Shown here: positions 52,316-64,000 of the stretch, piece after piece
Numbering within the stretch: the stretch's first letter is position 1
Layout of the letters: every line of letters begins with the position of its first letter
From: Leucoraja ocellata
Taxonomy: Eukaryota
Assembly: GCA_036785375.1 (NCBI GenBank)
Contig: JAWMAR010000032.1
Location: 10,230,001 to 10,294,000 of the forward strand
DNA length: 64,000 bases
Direction of reading: 5' to 3'
The notes under the pieces: generated by a model
The model's database searches: none
Seen by the model: the letters and a program-made list of their open reading frames with translations, nothing else
Told to the model about the DNA's origin: nothing
Translations under genes and position numbers: made by a program

Positions 52316-52719
52316 TTTGGGTTGGGACCCTGGGCAGAGTAGGCAAGGGTCGGTGAATAGCCTCGTCCGACATCTTCCGTGACATTGATCAGGCGAAGGA
52401 TACAAGTGCTCTTGAGTGGGGTACATTTGTATGTTCGGCATGTTTATAAGTTGATGCAATGCTGGGAAGGGATAGTACTGGCCATTCACATTCCCTCTGA
52501 TGAATAGTAGGGTGAAAGGTACTCCTGATGCCTCACGTGCAAGAGCAGAGAACAATGACCAACACCGTGAGCTGGCCTAGAGCACTGCCCAGTCCGTAAG
52601 TAGGATGGAGCCACACGCTAAGGATGTGGCTGGTACACGACGGCATAATAAAACAGAATCCCAAAGGGCCAGATCAAAATATTCATCAGGTATGAAACAT
52701 AAATGTCATAGAGAATTAT

Positions 52720-53135
52720 TGAATCATACAGTGTGGAAACAGGCCCTTTTGGCCAAACTTACCCATGCCGATCAACATGCCCCATCTACACTAGTCCCAC
52801 CTTCCCGCACTTGGCCCATATCCCTCTAAACCCTGTCCTATCCATGTACCTGTCCAAATGTATCTTAAGCATTATGATAGTACCTGTCCCAACTACCCCT
52901 TCCAACAGCTCGTTCCATACACCCACAATCCTTTGTGTAAAAATGTTACCCCTCAGGTACTTTTTAAATGTTAAACCTATGTCCTCTGGTTCTCGATTCC
53001 CCTACTCTGGGCAAAAGACTGTGCATTTACCCTATCAATTCCTCTCATGATCTTATACACCTCTCTACAATCACCTCTCATCCTCCTGTGCTCCAAGGAA
53101 TAAAGTCCTAGCCTACTAAATCTCTCCCTATAGTC
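52720..53135 (-). mobile_element. CR1/HER1 LINE 3' fragment
   Basis: HER1-type 3' end (GGCC..AAGGGCCTGTTTCCACACTGTATG on the minus strand) plus ORF2 C-terminal remnant. Confidence 0.8.
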
Positions 53136-53268
53136 CTGGAAATTATAGCTTATTCAGATGGTCAGTGTGGTTTTCAGAAGGGGAAATCTTGGTTGCCAAA
53201 GTGGAAATAAGATAGAAGAATCAGCTGTATTTGCAAAAGCAATGTTTCCAGTTTTTGACAGAAAGTAC

Positions 53269-53599
53269 CGATTTACTGACAGGGTGATGGGTGAGGTGAG
53301 AAATGAAGCAGGTATACCAACACGTTTTTTTAATAATTATTTGTCGATTTTTTCTTTTTCTTTTTTTAAGTTTTTACTTACTCACTCTGTGACTACACTC
53401 TTTGGTAGTTTAGGGGTTCTATTTTTACACATTCACTCTCTCTTTCACTTTCTTTCTTTCTTGCTCTTTCTCTCTTTGTCGATTTCATTTTTGTTAAAAT
53501 TAAAATGGAAGATGTACAATAAATGTATTATGTCATATGCCGCGGTTTATACTATTGTACACTGCTTCTAATTTTCAAAAAATGTTTTAATTAAAAAAA
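53269..53599 (+). mobile_element. Poly(A)-ended retro-insertion (L1/Tx1-like 3' UTR fragment)
   Basis: 12-bp TSD GACAGAAAGTAC at 53257-53268 and 53600-53611; T-rich body, AATAAA at ~53518, A-rich end. Confidence 0.65.
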
Positions 53600-54684
53600 G
53601 ACAGAAAGTACTGGTGTAACTCAACTTGTCAGGCAGCATCTCTGGAGAATACGGCTAGGTGATATTTTTGGTCCGAACCTTTCCCGACATCCCGACCCGG
53701 AATGACACCTATCCATGTTCTCCAGAAATGCTGCTTGACCGGCTGAGTTATTCGAGCACCATGTGTCTTTTTTATAAACCAGCATCTGCAGTCTTTTGTG
53801 CCCTCATTTCCATTTTGAAATGGCCTTTGGGTGAATTGTGATGGACAGCACTTAGCTGTTGATTCATAAACTCAAGAGACATAATTAGATCAGTCAATAC
53901 TTTCAGCAATGATTGAACTCATATCCTTGGAATACTAATGCTTTGGTCCCTCTGGTTACCTGTTGTGGATAATCTGAGGCTCAGGAAGATATTTGCCCTC
54001 TCTACGCCAACCATAAGGAAAGAGATCTCTGGATTATCTGATCTTTTCGCCAATTATGCATAAAGTACTAAACTGAATATCTTGTAAGTCATAGGATCAG
54101 AAGTAAGCCATTCAGCCCATCGAGTCTACTCTGCACCAAGTCATTTCCTCGGACGAAACAGGAGAATGGGACACCTAGAAAGGCTCAAATAGTGAATGGC
54201 CTGGATAGAGTGAATGTGGTGAGAATGTTTCCAGTAGTGGGAGAGTCTAGGACCAGAGGCCATAGCCTCAGAATAAAATGAAGTGCCTTTAGAAAGGAGA
54301 TGAGGAGGAATTTCTTTAGGCAGAGGGCGGATAATCTGTCGAATTCATTGCCACAGACGGCTGTTGAGGCCATGTCAATGGATATTCTTAATGAAGATTA
54401 ACAGATTCTTGATTGGTAAGGATATCAGGGGTTATGGGGTGAAGGCAAGAGAATGGGGTTGAGAGGGAAAGATAGACCAGCCATGACCTGATGGACCAAA
54501 TGGTCTAAATCTGCTCCAAGTATTCATGAACTTATCATGCGGTAAGGAGTGGAAACAAAGATTTGTGCTTTTCATTTTTTCACAAGACTTAGTCTGAGAT
54601 AACAACAAAGGACGAATGTTGTTACAATGCTCTATCTTATCGAACAAACAGTGACTCTCCCTTCACTGAGTGAACAATACCTAC

Positions 54685-54777
54685 CTGGAGTAGAAGAATG
54701 AACTGTGGAAACCGTTGAATTGGCTTCATCACCAAGCCATAGAAAGTAATCCGATCAGAGCTCGACTCGTGGCAGTT
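54685..54777 (-). CDS. ARHGEF10: ARHGEF10 coding exon (DH domain, KPIQRFPQ motif)
   Basis: ccacag|AACTGC...CTCCAG|gtaggt; 93 nt; [31 protein letters not shown]. Confidence 0.95.
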
Positions 54778-55409
54778 CTGTGGTGGAAGGAAACATTTGT
54801 TAGTGTGGTCGGCAGATAGTCAGTGCTTGGTTGGGTGCAGCGAGTTTAACTAACACTTGAAATAAACTCTGCAGCTGTACAGAAGAACAACTTTATCTTC
54901 GCAAGATAACAAGAAACTGCAGATGTCTAAATCCTAAGCAAAACTCAAAGTGCTTTCGTAACTCACAAACCTGCATGCCTTTCGAATGTGGGAGGAAATC
55001 GGGACACCCAGAGAAAACCCATGCAGTCACAGGGAAAAGGTACAAACTGGACAGACAGCACCCGAAGCCAGGATCAAACACGGCCTTCTTGCGCTGTACG
55101 GCAGCAGCTCTATCACTGCACCACTGTGCCTCCCTGTAAAATCCCTGTAAAGGTGTGTAGTGTTTCAATGGGATCCGATTCAATTCCAAGGTATAAGCAG
55201 CATCGATAAGATGCATCGCTGCATCTGATCAATGAATCAGTCTAGCAGACATGTTGAACTTCCAAGGAATTTGGTCATAGGGTGAGATGTGAAGAAAGTA
55301 AGGACCATTGATTTTCATGTGGAGTAAGTAAGGAGCACTGACAATGCTGGCAATAAATCAGCCACAAAGGTAAGGTGTGAAAGTAACTCCATTCATTGCT
55401 GTTCAAGTA

Positions 55410-55476
55410 ACTCAGCCACTGTTTTCTTTCTCTAGTGCCACAATCACTCAGCCACTGTTTTCTTTCTCTAGTGCCA
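55410..55476. repeat. Tandem duplication, 31-bp identical copies with a 36-bp period
   Basis: ACTCAGCCACTGTTTTCTTTCTCTAGTGCCA at 55410-55440 and 55446-55476. Confidence 0.92.
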
Positions 55477-57606
55477 GAGATGGAAGAAGCAAGTTTTCTA
55501 ACCACCATCTGACTAAGATGGAATCGGTAGTGCTACAAATAATGGGGAAGCAGAAGAATGGTTCAATGGGGCTTTTATAATCACATCTGCAAAGTACAAA
55601 CGCACAGTGACAGTCTTTTCTGACGAACAGTCCAGTGGAGTATTCCCATACCCAAGCACATCCCTGATTAGTACAGAAATAGACAGCTGGAAACAGTTCT
55701 GGGCACCTCAAGAAATTAGTGTGCAAGATGGGTGGATAGGACCAACATAGTTAAGAAGGCTTAGGGCATGCTTGCCTTCATCGGTCGGGACATCGAGTAT
55801 AAGAGTCAGGAAGTCATGTTGCAGCCTTATAAAAGTTAAGGTTACTTTTGAAGTATTGTGTGTAGTTCCGGCCACTGCATTACAGGAAAGATGTGGAGGC
55901 TTTAGAAAGGTTCACCCCAGAATATTACCTGGATTAGAGAGTATTAGATATAAGGGGAAGTTGAACAAACTTGGATTGTTTTCTCTGGAGCGCCAAAGGC
56001 TGAGGGGCGCCCTGACAGAAATTTATAAAATTATAACAATCATGGATTGGAAAGATATCCATTGACTTGGCATCCACAACCTTCCGTGGCAAATAATTCC
56101 ACAGATTCACCACCCTCTGAAATTCCTCCTCATCTCCTCGCTGAAGAAACATCCTTTAATTCTGAGGCTATGACGTCTAGTCCTAGATTCTCCCACTCAT
56201 GGAAACAACCTCTCCACATCAAGTTCAAGTGAGTTTATTGTCATGTGTCCCTGTATAGGACAATGAAATTCTTGCTTTGCTTAAGCACACAGAAAATAGT
56301 AGGCATTTATTACAAAACAGATAAATGTGTCCATATACCATGATATAAATATATACACACATGAATAAATAAACTGGTAAAGTGCAAATAACAGAAAGTG
56401 GTTATTAATAATCTTTGTCCGAGCCAGGTTTAATAGCCTGATGGCTGTGGGGAAGTAGCTATTCGTGAACCTGGTTGTTGCAATCTATCCCAGCCTTTCA
56501 CTATTCGGTAAGTTTCAATGAGGTTTCCCCTCATCCTTCTCAACTCCAGCGAGTACAGGCCCAGTGCCATCAAAACGCTCATCATAGGTTATGATCGATT
56601 TTTTAATCTGAATATCTGATCAATATTTCCTTCTCAACCCTATTCTCTTACCTTCTCCCCATAACCCTGACACCTGTACTAATCAATAATCTATCCATCT
56701 CTGTCTTAAAAATATCCATTGATCCACTGCTGCTGTGTTTTGCCTTCTGTCTGGGGCAGTGACTACATGCCATGGGATCTCAGCAGTGTCAGGACAAGAC
56801 TGGAGTATTTTTGTATCAAGGTTGTTCACTGAGAAAGGGAGAGAATTCATGCCCATGTGCTCCACGTAGGCCCAAGCAAAACCGCAAAATGAAGAAGCAA
56901 GAGAAGGAACTAAGGGTACAAAATGTTGGGGCGGGGAGAGGTGAAAGATACATCAACAAATAAACCATCGGCTCTGTCCACACAAATATAGGGCAGCAGA
57001 AAGCAAAGAGATGCAAAGAATGAGTATTTTGAACACAGATGTTTGCCAAAGTACGAACAGTTGTGGAAAAAAGCAATTTTAAGAAAGGTAAATAACGCCG
57101 TAGCTCATATATGAGTATACGTTTGTCTAATTAGAAGGTAAAGATGAAAGGATTGCTTACTTGTTAATCCATTGTGAACAGGGACCAATGATTCTACCAC
57201 CCTGGAAGTCAAGCATGGCTGATGAGTGAGGAGTCAGGGTGCATGGAGTGTCAGGGCAGCACAGTGGCGCAGCTGATAGAGCTGCTGCCTCATAGCACCA
57301 CACCTGGGTTCGACCCTGAACTTGGGTTCTGTCTGTGTGGAGTTTGCACGTTCTCCATGTAACCATGTTTGTTTTCCCCGGATGCTCCAATTTCTTCCCA
57401 CACTCCACAAATGTGCAGGTTTGTAGATTAATTGTTCCCTTGTGTGTGTAAGGAGTGGAACTAGGGTGAACGGATGATTGAACGGATCGTGGACGGTGGG
57501 CCGAAGGACCTGTTTCCATGTTGTATCTCCTAACTAAGAAACTAAACTAAACTCACAGAACGCCAGTGCACACCAAACATGTACTTATGTGTACCATCTT
57601 TCCAAG

Positions 57607-57835
57607 ATAGACACAAAAATCTGGAGTAACTCAGCGGGTCAGACACCGGGTCAGACACCTTCTCTGGAGAAAAGGAATTGGCGACGTTTCGGGTCAAGAC
57701 CCTTCTTCAGGTCTCGACCCGAAACGTCACCTATTCCTTTTCTCCGGAGATACTGTCTGACCCGCTGAGTTACTCCAGCTTTTTGTGTCTATCTTCGGTT
57801 TACACCAGCATCTGCAGTTCCTTCTTACATGTCTT
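57607..57835. mobile_element. Palindromic Penelope-pLTR-derived element with hammerhead-like cores
   Basis: Inverted arms GACACAAAAA.CTGGAGTAACTCAGCGGGTCAG...GACGTTTCGGGTC / GACCCGAAACGTC...CTGACCCGCTGAGTTACTCCAGC; TSD TCTTTCCAAG at 57597-57606 and 57836-57845. Confidence 0.88.
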
Positions 57836-57951
57836 TCTTTCCAAGCTTGAGGACATACAGCAATGAGCCCAATCACTTTGGTCCCATTTTGATGTGCATT
57901 ATAAATAAAAACTAAAACAATATTTTACCTCTAGTCAGACACTTCACTTAC

Positions 57952-58068
57952 TTTCAAAAATTCCAGAAAGGCAGGTTTGGTGGCACAGACTTTCTTCAGA
58001 ATTCCCATGGCAGTGCTAAAATTGTTCACATACTCACTGTATGCGTCAAGTACCATTGACTTCGAAAA
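57952..58068 (-). CDS. ARHGEF10: ARHGEF10 coding exon (DH domain)
   Basis: ttgcag|TTTTCG...TTGAAA|gtaagt; 117 nt; FSKSMVLDAYSEYVNNFSTAMGILKKVCATKPAFLEFLK (inside ORF 57931..58131). Confidence 0.96.
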
Positions 58069-58193
58069 CTGCAATGGAAAGAAAGTTACAGCTCCATCAA
58101 CACCATCTATTCGTTTGACATCATCCATCACATGGAAAAGTTTGATAAATGAATGAATGCAAGGTGTGTTTATTGTCTAACCTAATGTATTTT

Positions 58194-58282
58194 GTATATT
58201 AAGTTGCAAGTATAAGTATATTAAGTTGCAAGTATTTAAGTATAAGTATAAGTTAGGTATAAGTATATTAAGTTGCAAGTAC
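58194..58282. repeat. AT-rich tandem repeat (TATATTAAGTTGCAAG / TATAAG units)
   Basis: Directly visible repeats. Confidence 0.8.
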
Positions 58283-60569
58283 CTGTATTTAAATGCATTT
58301 GAGTTGCTGAAATGGATCTGAAGGTGAAATGTTTCTTTCGAGCACAAACGAAATGATTGTTTTTATAAGTCTACTTCAAAAAGAAATTCAGGGCAAAATT
58401 CTGTCGACATCTGCTTTAGTGAACACTCAGTGCTGTGAGCTTTCTGTTGAACTACTGTGCCAAACAACCCGTTCATTTTACTGATTAAGCAAAATCTTCA
58501 ATTGTTTTTAATGGATGTTGGAAAGACAAGGTGAAAAGGCCTCATATCTGAAAGATGCTAATCAAACACTTCAGCAAATACCAGTGGCACAGTGGTGCAG
58601 CGGTAGAGTTGTTGCCTTACAGCGCCAGAGACCTAGGTTCAATCCTGACTATGGTGCAGTCTGAATGTTTTTTTTAAATACTCCCTGTGACCACGTGGGC
58701 TTTCACAGGGTGTTCCAGTTTTCAACCACATCCCAAAGACGTCACGTTTGTCGATCAATTGGCGTCTGCAAATTGTCCTGAATGTGTAGGATAGAACTAG
58801 TGTATGGGTAATCGTTAGTTGGCGTGGACTCGGTGGGCCGTAGGGCCTGTTTCCATGCTGTATCTCTAAAACTACATAGTTATATCTCAGCATTTTGAAC
58901 CATCTTCCTGAAATGTGCATGGATACACAACGACACAGAGTTTAAGAGCGTACCACCATTCTTCCAAAATATTATTGAACAATTGGTATTTCTGTGTTTT
59001 TGAGGTTCATTTTGAATTCCATTATCAATGGTGAGTTTCTGTTTGTGGAGGAATAAATTATCCAAACCTGAAGCTTAAAGATTGCTGCCAGAGGAGGTAG
59101 TTGACGCCGATACTACAGCATAATTTAAAGAACACTTGGACAGGTACATGGATAGGAAAGGTTTAGAGGGATATGGGCGAAATGCAGGCAAGTGGAGCCA
59201 GTGTAGATGGGGCATATTGGCTGCATGGGCAAGTTGGGCCGAAGGGCCTGCTTCCATGCCATGTGACTCTGTGACTTTAGTCTTGAAAAAAATTATTTTG
59301 AAATGTGTTTTGTTTTATTTTTATTTAAAAGTAGAGCAGAATCTGATGATCTCTGCTGGAATCACTTAACAATTTTACAGCATCTCCCTGCAAAGAGTAC
59401 CAAGACTTTCATTTCCAGTGACATGTCATTATACCTAATCTGTACCATCTTCACTTGTTATACAAAGATGCATTCACAACGATGGTGCGTAGAGTGTTTG
59501 AGTTATAAGGAGAGGCTGGATAGGTTGTTACCATTTACCACGGAACATAGGAGACTGAGGGGTTACCTTTATATAGATTTATAAAATCATGAGGGGCCTA
59601 AATAAGATGGATTGTCATCATCTTTTCCCCAGACCTGAGGAGTCTAAAACTAGAGGACTTAGATTTAATGGGAAGCTGAGAGGTATGTTTTTCACACAGG
59701 AGATGGTGGAACGAGTTGCCACATTAAGTGGTAGAGTCATGTACAATTACAATGGTTATACCTGTACATGTATAAGGGTGGCACAGTGGCGCAGCACTAG
59801 AGTTGCTGCCTTACAGTGCCAGAGAACCAGGTGTGATCCTGTTTATGTTGAGTTTATGCATTCTTCCTGTGACTGCGTGGGTTTTCTCCAGGTGCTCCGG
59901 TTTCCTCCCACACTCTAAAGACATGCAGGTTTGTCGGTTAATTGGCTTCGGTAAAAATTGTCCCTAATGTGTGTAGGATTATGTTAGTGGATGGGCTGAT
60001 TGCTGGTCGGCGCAGACTCGATGGGCCGAAGGGCCTATTACCACGCTCTATCTCTAAAGTGTAAGGCCATGCGGACTAGTTAATGGAAAGGAAAAGATTG
60101 GAGGCATATGTGCCAAATGCAGGCCAGTGGAGTGATGTCATTGGTCGTTGGTCATCATGGATGAGTTGGGCCAAAAGGCTTTTTCCATGCTGCAAGACCC
60201 TCTGACTCTGTGTCATTCATGTGTGATACGGTGCGGCTGTACCTCTGCTCAGTTTGTCTCTATATCACTTTGTTCCAACTCATGGCTTATAAACTATTAC
60301 CTTGTGACTCTGGTCTGCTTCCTATCACAAGCAATCCCTCTGTTGTAGCCACCTCTTTCCCTTGCTACAAAATGATCATCTTCTCACTGTGCCAGCTCTG
60401 ATGGAGGCTCCTTGATCCAAAACATTGATCCCTGCTGATGCTGTCTGACTGGCTGGGTACTTCCAGCATTCCCTGGTATTTTAAATTCAATACATTTTCC
60501 AAGATAATTCTCCCAAGCACCATTGGCTCTGCATCAACAACCATGTTGGAGTTTCTTTCACGGACTTAC

Positions 60570-60749
60570 GGAGGCAACAAAGACATCACCAATCATTTCA
60601 ACCGAGTCCCACTCAGTCACACGGCTGGCTAGGGCGATCTGGAACAAGGAATGGCACTGGAGGATCTCCTTAATTCGGTAAAATACCATTTTGAGTTTCC
60701 TTTCGCTTAATAGTTTAGGGTCCATCTCTGAAAGAGGTTTCTTGTATTG
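60570..60749 (-). CDS. ARHGEF10: ARHGEF10 coding exon (DH domain)
   Basis: ccgcag|CAATAC...GCCTCC|gtaagt; 180 nt; [60 protein letters not shown]. Confidence 0.96.
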
Positions 60750-60847
60750 CTGCGGAGAGAGAAAGGCTAAACAAAATCAAACCATAAAGACTTTCTGCAA
60801 ACGATTTCAAAACTGGTGTCCTCAGCACAACACTGTACAGTATTGTG

Positions 60848-61086
60848 TGTTGGAGAGAACTGCAGAAGTTGGTTCACACCAAAGATAGATACAAAGTGCT
60901 GGAGTAACTCAGCGAATCAGGCAGCATCTCTGGAGAAAAACAATGGGTGACATTTTGGGTCGGAACAACTCCCCCCAAGCTGTACTTTCAGTCTGAAGAA
61001 GGGCCCCGACCCGAAACATCACCCATTCTTTTTCTCCAGAGATGCTGCCTGACCCGCTGAGTTACTCCGGCACTTTGTATCTATCT
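60848..61086. mobile_element. Palindromic Penelope-pLTR-derived element
   Basis: Inverted arms; CTGAAGAAGGGCCCCGACCCGAAACATC; imperfect 16-bp flanking repeat ACTGTACAGTATTGTG / ACTGCACAATATTGTG. Confidence 0.85.
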
Positions 61087-61492
61087 ACTGCACAATATTG
61101 TGCCGCAACTGATAGTCACATTTCTGAAACTTCTTTATGCTCGAGCACAGAGAACGGTTGCAACATCCCACTTCTGTAGGACAGACCCAATTCCTATACC
61201 AATCATACTGTTTCTAAAGCTGAGGTTAAATCAAGTCATGTCTAGTTTATGGATGGGAATGAGCAGAAAATGCCCCATGTCTTTGGTAAATTAACGACAT
61301 TTATAAATAACAGTATTTAATCCTTCCATGTACTTTAGCATCCAATAAAGTTCCATTGATGAGTTCCATTCGTTGACCTGCTTGAAAATCTCATGCTATC
61401 GTTGGACATGATGAGTACCACTACAAGAAACCTACATGCTGCTATCAACTACTCCCGAGGTTTACGAGAATGATCCCAGGGTTAATGTATTT

Positions 61493-61848
61493 GATGCAGG
61501 AAGATTGTTCCCGATGTTAGGGAAGTCCAGGACAAGGGGTCACAGCTTAAGGATAAAAGGGAAATCCTTTAAAACCGAGATGAGAAGAACGTTTTTCACA
61601 CAGAGAGTGGTGAATCTCTGGAACTCTCTGCCACAGAGGGTAGTTGAGGCCAGTTCATTGGCTATATTTAAGAGGGAGTTAGATGTGGCCCTTGTGGCTA
61701 AGGGGATCAGGGGGTATGGAGAGAAGGCAGGTACGGGATACTGAGTTGGATGATCAGCCATGATCATATTGAATGGCGGTGCAGGCTCGAAGGGCCGAAT
61801 GGCCTACTCCTGCACCTAATTTCTATGTTCTATGTTTCTATGTTTCTA
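61493..61848 (+). mobile_element. Young CR1 3' fragment, same subfamily as 35135-36221, nested in an older CR1 (~61455-62270)
   Basis: DAGRLFPMLGKSRTRGHSL...GEKAGTGY; about 11 differences in ~345 bp from the 35 kb copy by manual count; same tail. Confidence 0.93.
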
Positions 61849-62616
61849 TTTTGAACGTTAGGCAGCATTGGACCTGTTCTCGCTGGAGTTTAGATGGATG
61901 AAGGGACACCGTATTGAAACTTACTGAATATTGAAATACCTGGATGTGGAGAGGATGTTTCCATGAGTGGGAGAGTCTAGATCCACAGGCCATAGCCTCA
62001 GATTAAAACAATATACCTTTAGGAAGGAGATAAGGTGGAATTTCCGTAGTCAGAGGGTGGGGAATCTGTGGAAATCATTGCCACAGAAGGCTATGGAGGC
62101 CGTCAATAGATATTTTTAAGGCGGAGATTGATAGATTTTTGATTAGTACAGTGTCAGGGATTATGGGAAGAAGGCAGGAGAATGGGGTTGAGGGAATGAT
62201 ACATCAGCCATGATTGAATGGCGGAGTAGAATTGATGGGACGAATGAGCTTATTCTGCTCATATCACATGAACGTGATCTCTTAGGATGTACATGACATT
62301 TTCAAAAAAAAGAAAATGCGTGAAAAATTTGGAAGCACAAACATACTGTTGGATAAGAAAGGCTTTGCAAGTAACTCAAGCTGTTCAATCTCACCACTTA
62401 TTATGTGAATTATTCAATGAGGTTACTTGCTTTTAATTATCGTCAATTTTGTGCAATTAACCTTGGCAGGAGTTTATTGTTGAAATAAAATCTTGACTGG
62501 TTGTAACAATTCTGAGGTTTAAACACAGTTTGTTTCATATAAACATTCATGAGTATTGAATTAATCCAAAAGGCTGTTCAAAAATTAGCTTGGGGAAGGT
62601 GAGTTCCCTCATTTAC

Positions 62617-62694
62617 CTCCAGAATTCGCTTCAATGCATCCATGTAATTCTTCTCACTCTCAATGATGGAACTAAGAATATATCGCCGGATCAC
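62617..62694 (-). CDS. ARHGEF10: ARHGEF10 coding exon (start of DH domain), first exon in window
   Basis: aaacag|GTGATC...CTGGAG|gtaaat; 78 nt; VIRRYILSSIIESEKNYMDALKRILE, matches my recollection of human ARHGEF10 VVRRYILGSVVDSEKNYVDALKRILE. Confidence 0.93.
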
Positions 62695-63189
62695 CTGTTT
62701 TGAGAAAATTTCACATTTAAGCCGGAAAAATATTAAAAATGCCATTTAAACTCCAGCTCAGTATGAAGTAGATTAAATATTGCAAACTACCACTTCTGTA
62801 GAGCAGATTCAATTGCCATTGTTTAGAGATACAGTGTGGAATCAGGCCCTTTGGCTCACTGAGTCCGTTCCGACACTGATCCCCACACACTACCACTATC
62901 CTATAGGGACAATTTACAATTTTCACCAAAAACAATTAACATACAAACCTGTCCATCTTTGGCATGTGGGAGGAAACCAGAGCATCCGGAGAAAACCCAC
63001 GGAAGTTATCGTCAGAACGTACAGGCAGTACCGTATTCAGGATCGAACTCTGCCCTGTGAGGCAGCAACTCTACCTCTGCGGCACAAACACTGCCCAGAG
63101 CAATCACAGTGTTTTTAAAGCTAAGGTTAAGTCGAGTCAAGTCAAGTTACATTTATTGTTACAGTAAACCTTCGCAATAACAGACCTCT

Positions 63190-64000
63190 ATCAGTCAAGT
63201 CAAGAGTGTTTTATTGTCATATGTCCCGGACAGGACAATGAAATTCTTACTTGCTGCAGCACAATAGAATATGTGAATATGTAAACAGAGTACACAACGG
63301 GGGGAAAAAAGAAAAAGTTCAACAAATAACAAATATTTAGTGCAAATAATAAATAATATAGTCTTTTGCAGTTCAGAGCTCAGAGCTTATTCGTGGTTGT
63401 GTTTAATAGTGCGATGGCAGTGGGGAAGTAGCTGTTTCTGAACCTGGATGTTACCGTTTTCAGGCTCCTGTACCTTCTTCCTGATAGCAATTGTGAGATG
63501 AGTGTGTGGCCAGGATGTTGTGGGTCCTTGATGATTTTGGTTGCCTTTTTGAGGCAGCGACTACGATAGATCCCTTCGACGGTGGGGAGGTCAAAGCCGG
63601 TGATGGACTGGGCAGTGGTCACAACTTTTTGTAGTCTATTTCGGTCCTGGACGTACAAGTTGTCGAACCAGGCCACGATGCAACCAGTCAGAATGCTCTC
63701 TACTGTGCACTTGTAGAAGTTTAGGAGAATCCTCTTCGACATGCCGGATCTCCGTAATCTTGTCAGGGAGTCGCTGATGTGCCTTCTTTACAATTGCATC
63801 GGTGTGCTGGGTCCAAGAAAAATCTTCTGATAAATGCACGCCGAGGAATTTGAAGTTATTGACCCTTTCCACCATCTAATTTGATATAAACAGGATTGTG
63901 GGTCCTTATCCTTCCCCTAGCAGTCCACAATCAGTTCCTTGGTCTTACTGGTGTTGAGAGCCAAGTTGTTGTGCTGGCACCATTTGGTCAGTCGGTCGAT
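63190..64000 (-). mobile_element. Rex1/Babar-clade LINE, 3' part, runs off the window
   Basis: VERVNNFKFLGVHLSEDFSWTQHTDAIVKKAHQR and FYKCTVESILTGCIVAWF...IIKDPQHPGH...SGRRYRS...RFRNSYFPTAI; (CTTGA)n tail. Confidence 0.88.

Noticed and set aside
52320-52660. Unique CpG-containing segment with a 92-aa ORF
   Set aside because: No motif, termini or TSD recognisable; cannot be supported without a search.
12274-62694. ARHGEF10L or ARHGEF17 as the gene identity
   Set aside because: RYLIRSDDM, FTAVFNTFTPA and IGSCTNQMGQI fit ARHGEF10 as I recall it, not the paralogues.

Overview
Eukaryotic, not prokaryotic: 64 kb from the interior of a vertebrate ARHGEF10 (Rho guanine nucleotide exchange factor 10) gene on the minus strand. 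The organism is most likely an elasmobranch (skate, ray or shark), inferred from HE1/V-SINE-type SINEs and HER1/CR1 LINEs. I traced 13 consecutive coding exons by hand, from 62694 down to 12274 (1736 nt). All have GT-AG ends and consistent phase, and they cover the DH domain, the PH-like region and the start of the beta-propeller; both gene ends lie outside the window. The introns are packed with transposable elements: about 25 tRNA-derived V-SINEs; many CR1 and Rex1/Babar 3' fragments; a full-length degenerate RTE LINE with a 13-bp TSD nested in a Penelope element; a Passport-like Tc1 with an uninterrupted 339-aa DD34E transposase; a second Tc1 fragment; a cargo-carrying non-autonomous Tc1 element; and a 1.04-kb TIR element with a 7-bp TSD. 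The most notable system is about 30 short, often palindromic elements derived from the Penelope pseudo-LTR, many with readable TSDs, whose arms carry a minimal hammerhead-ribozyme-like core (CTGAAGA-A-GGGTCnnGACCC-GAAACGTC). Most ORFs in the supplied track are TE remnants or spurious. TE boundaries without a stated TSD or TIR are approximate, and family names are from recognition rather than database searches.
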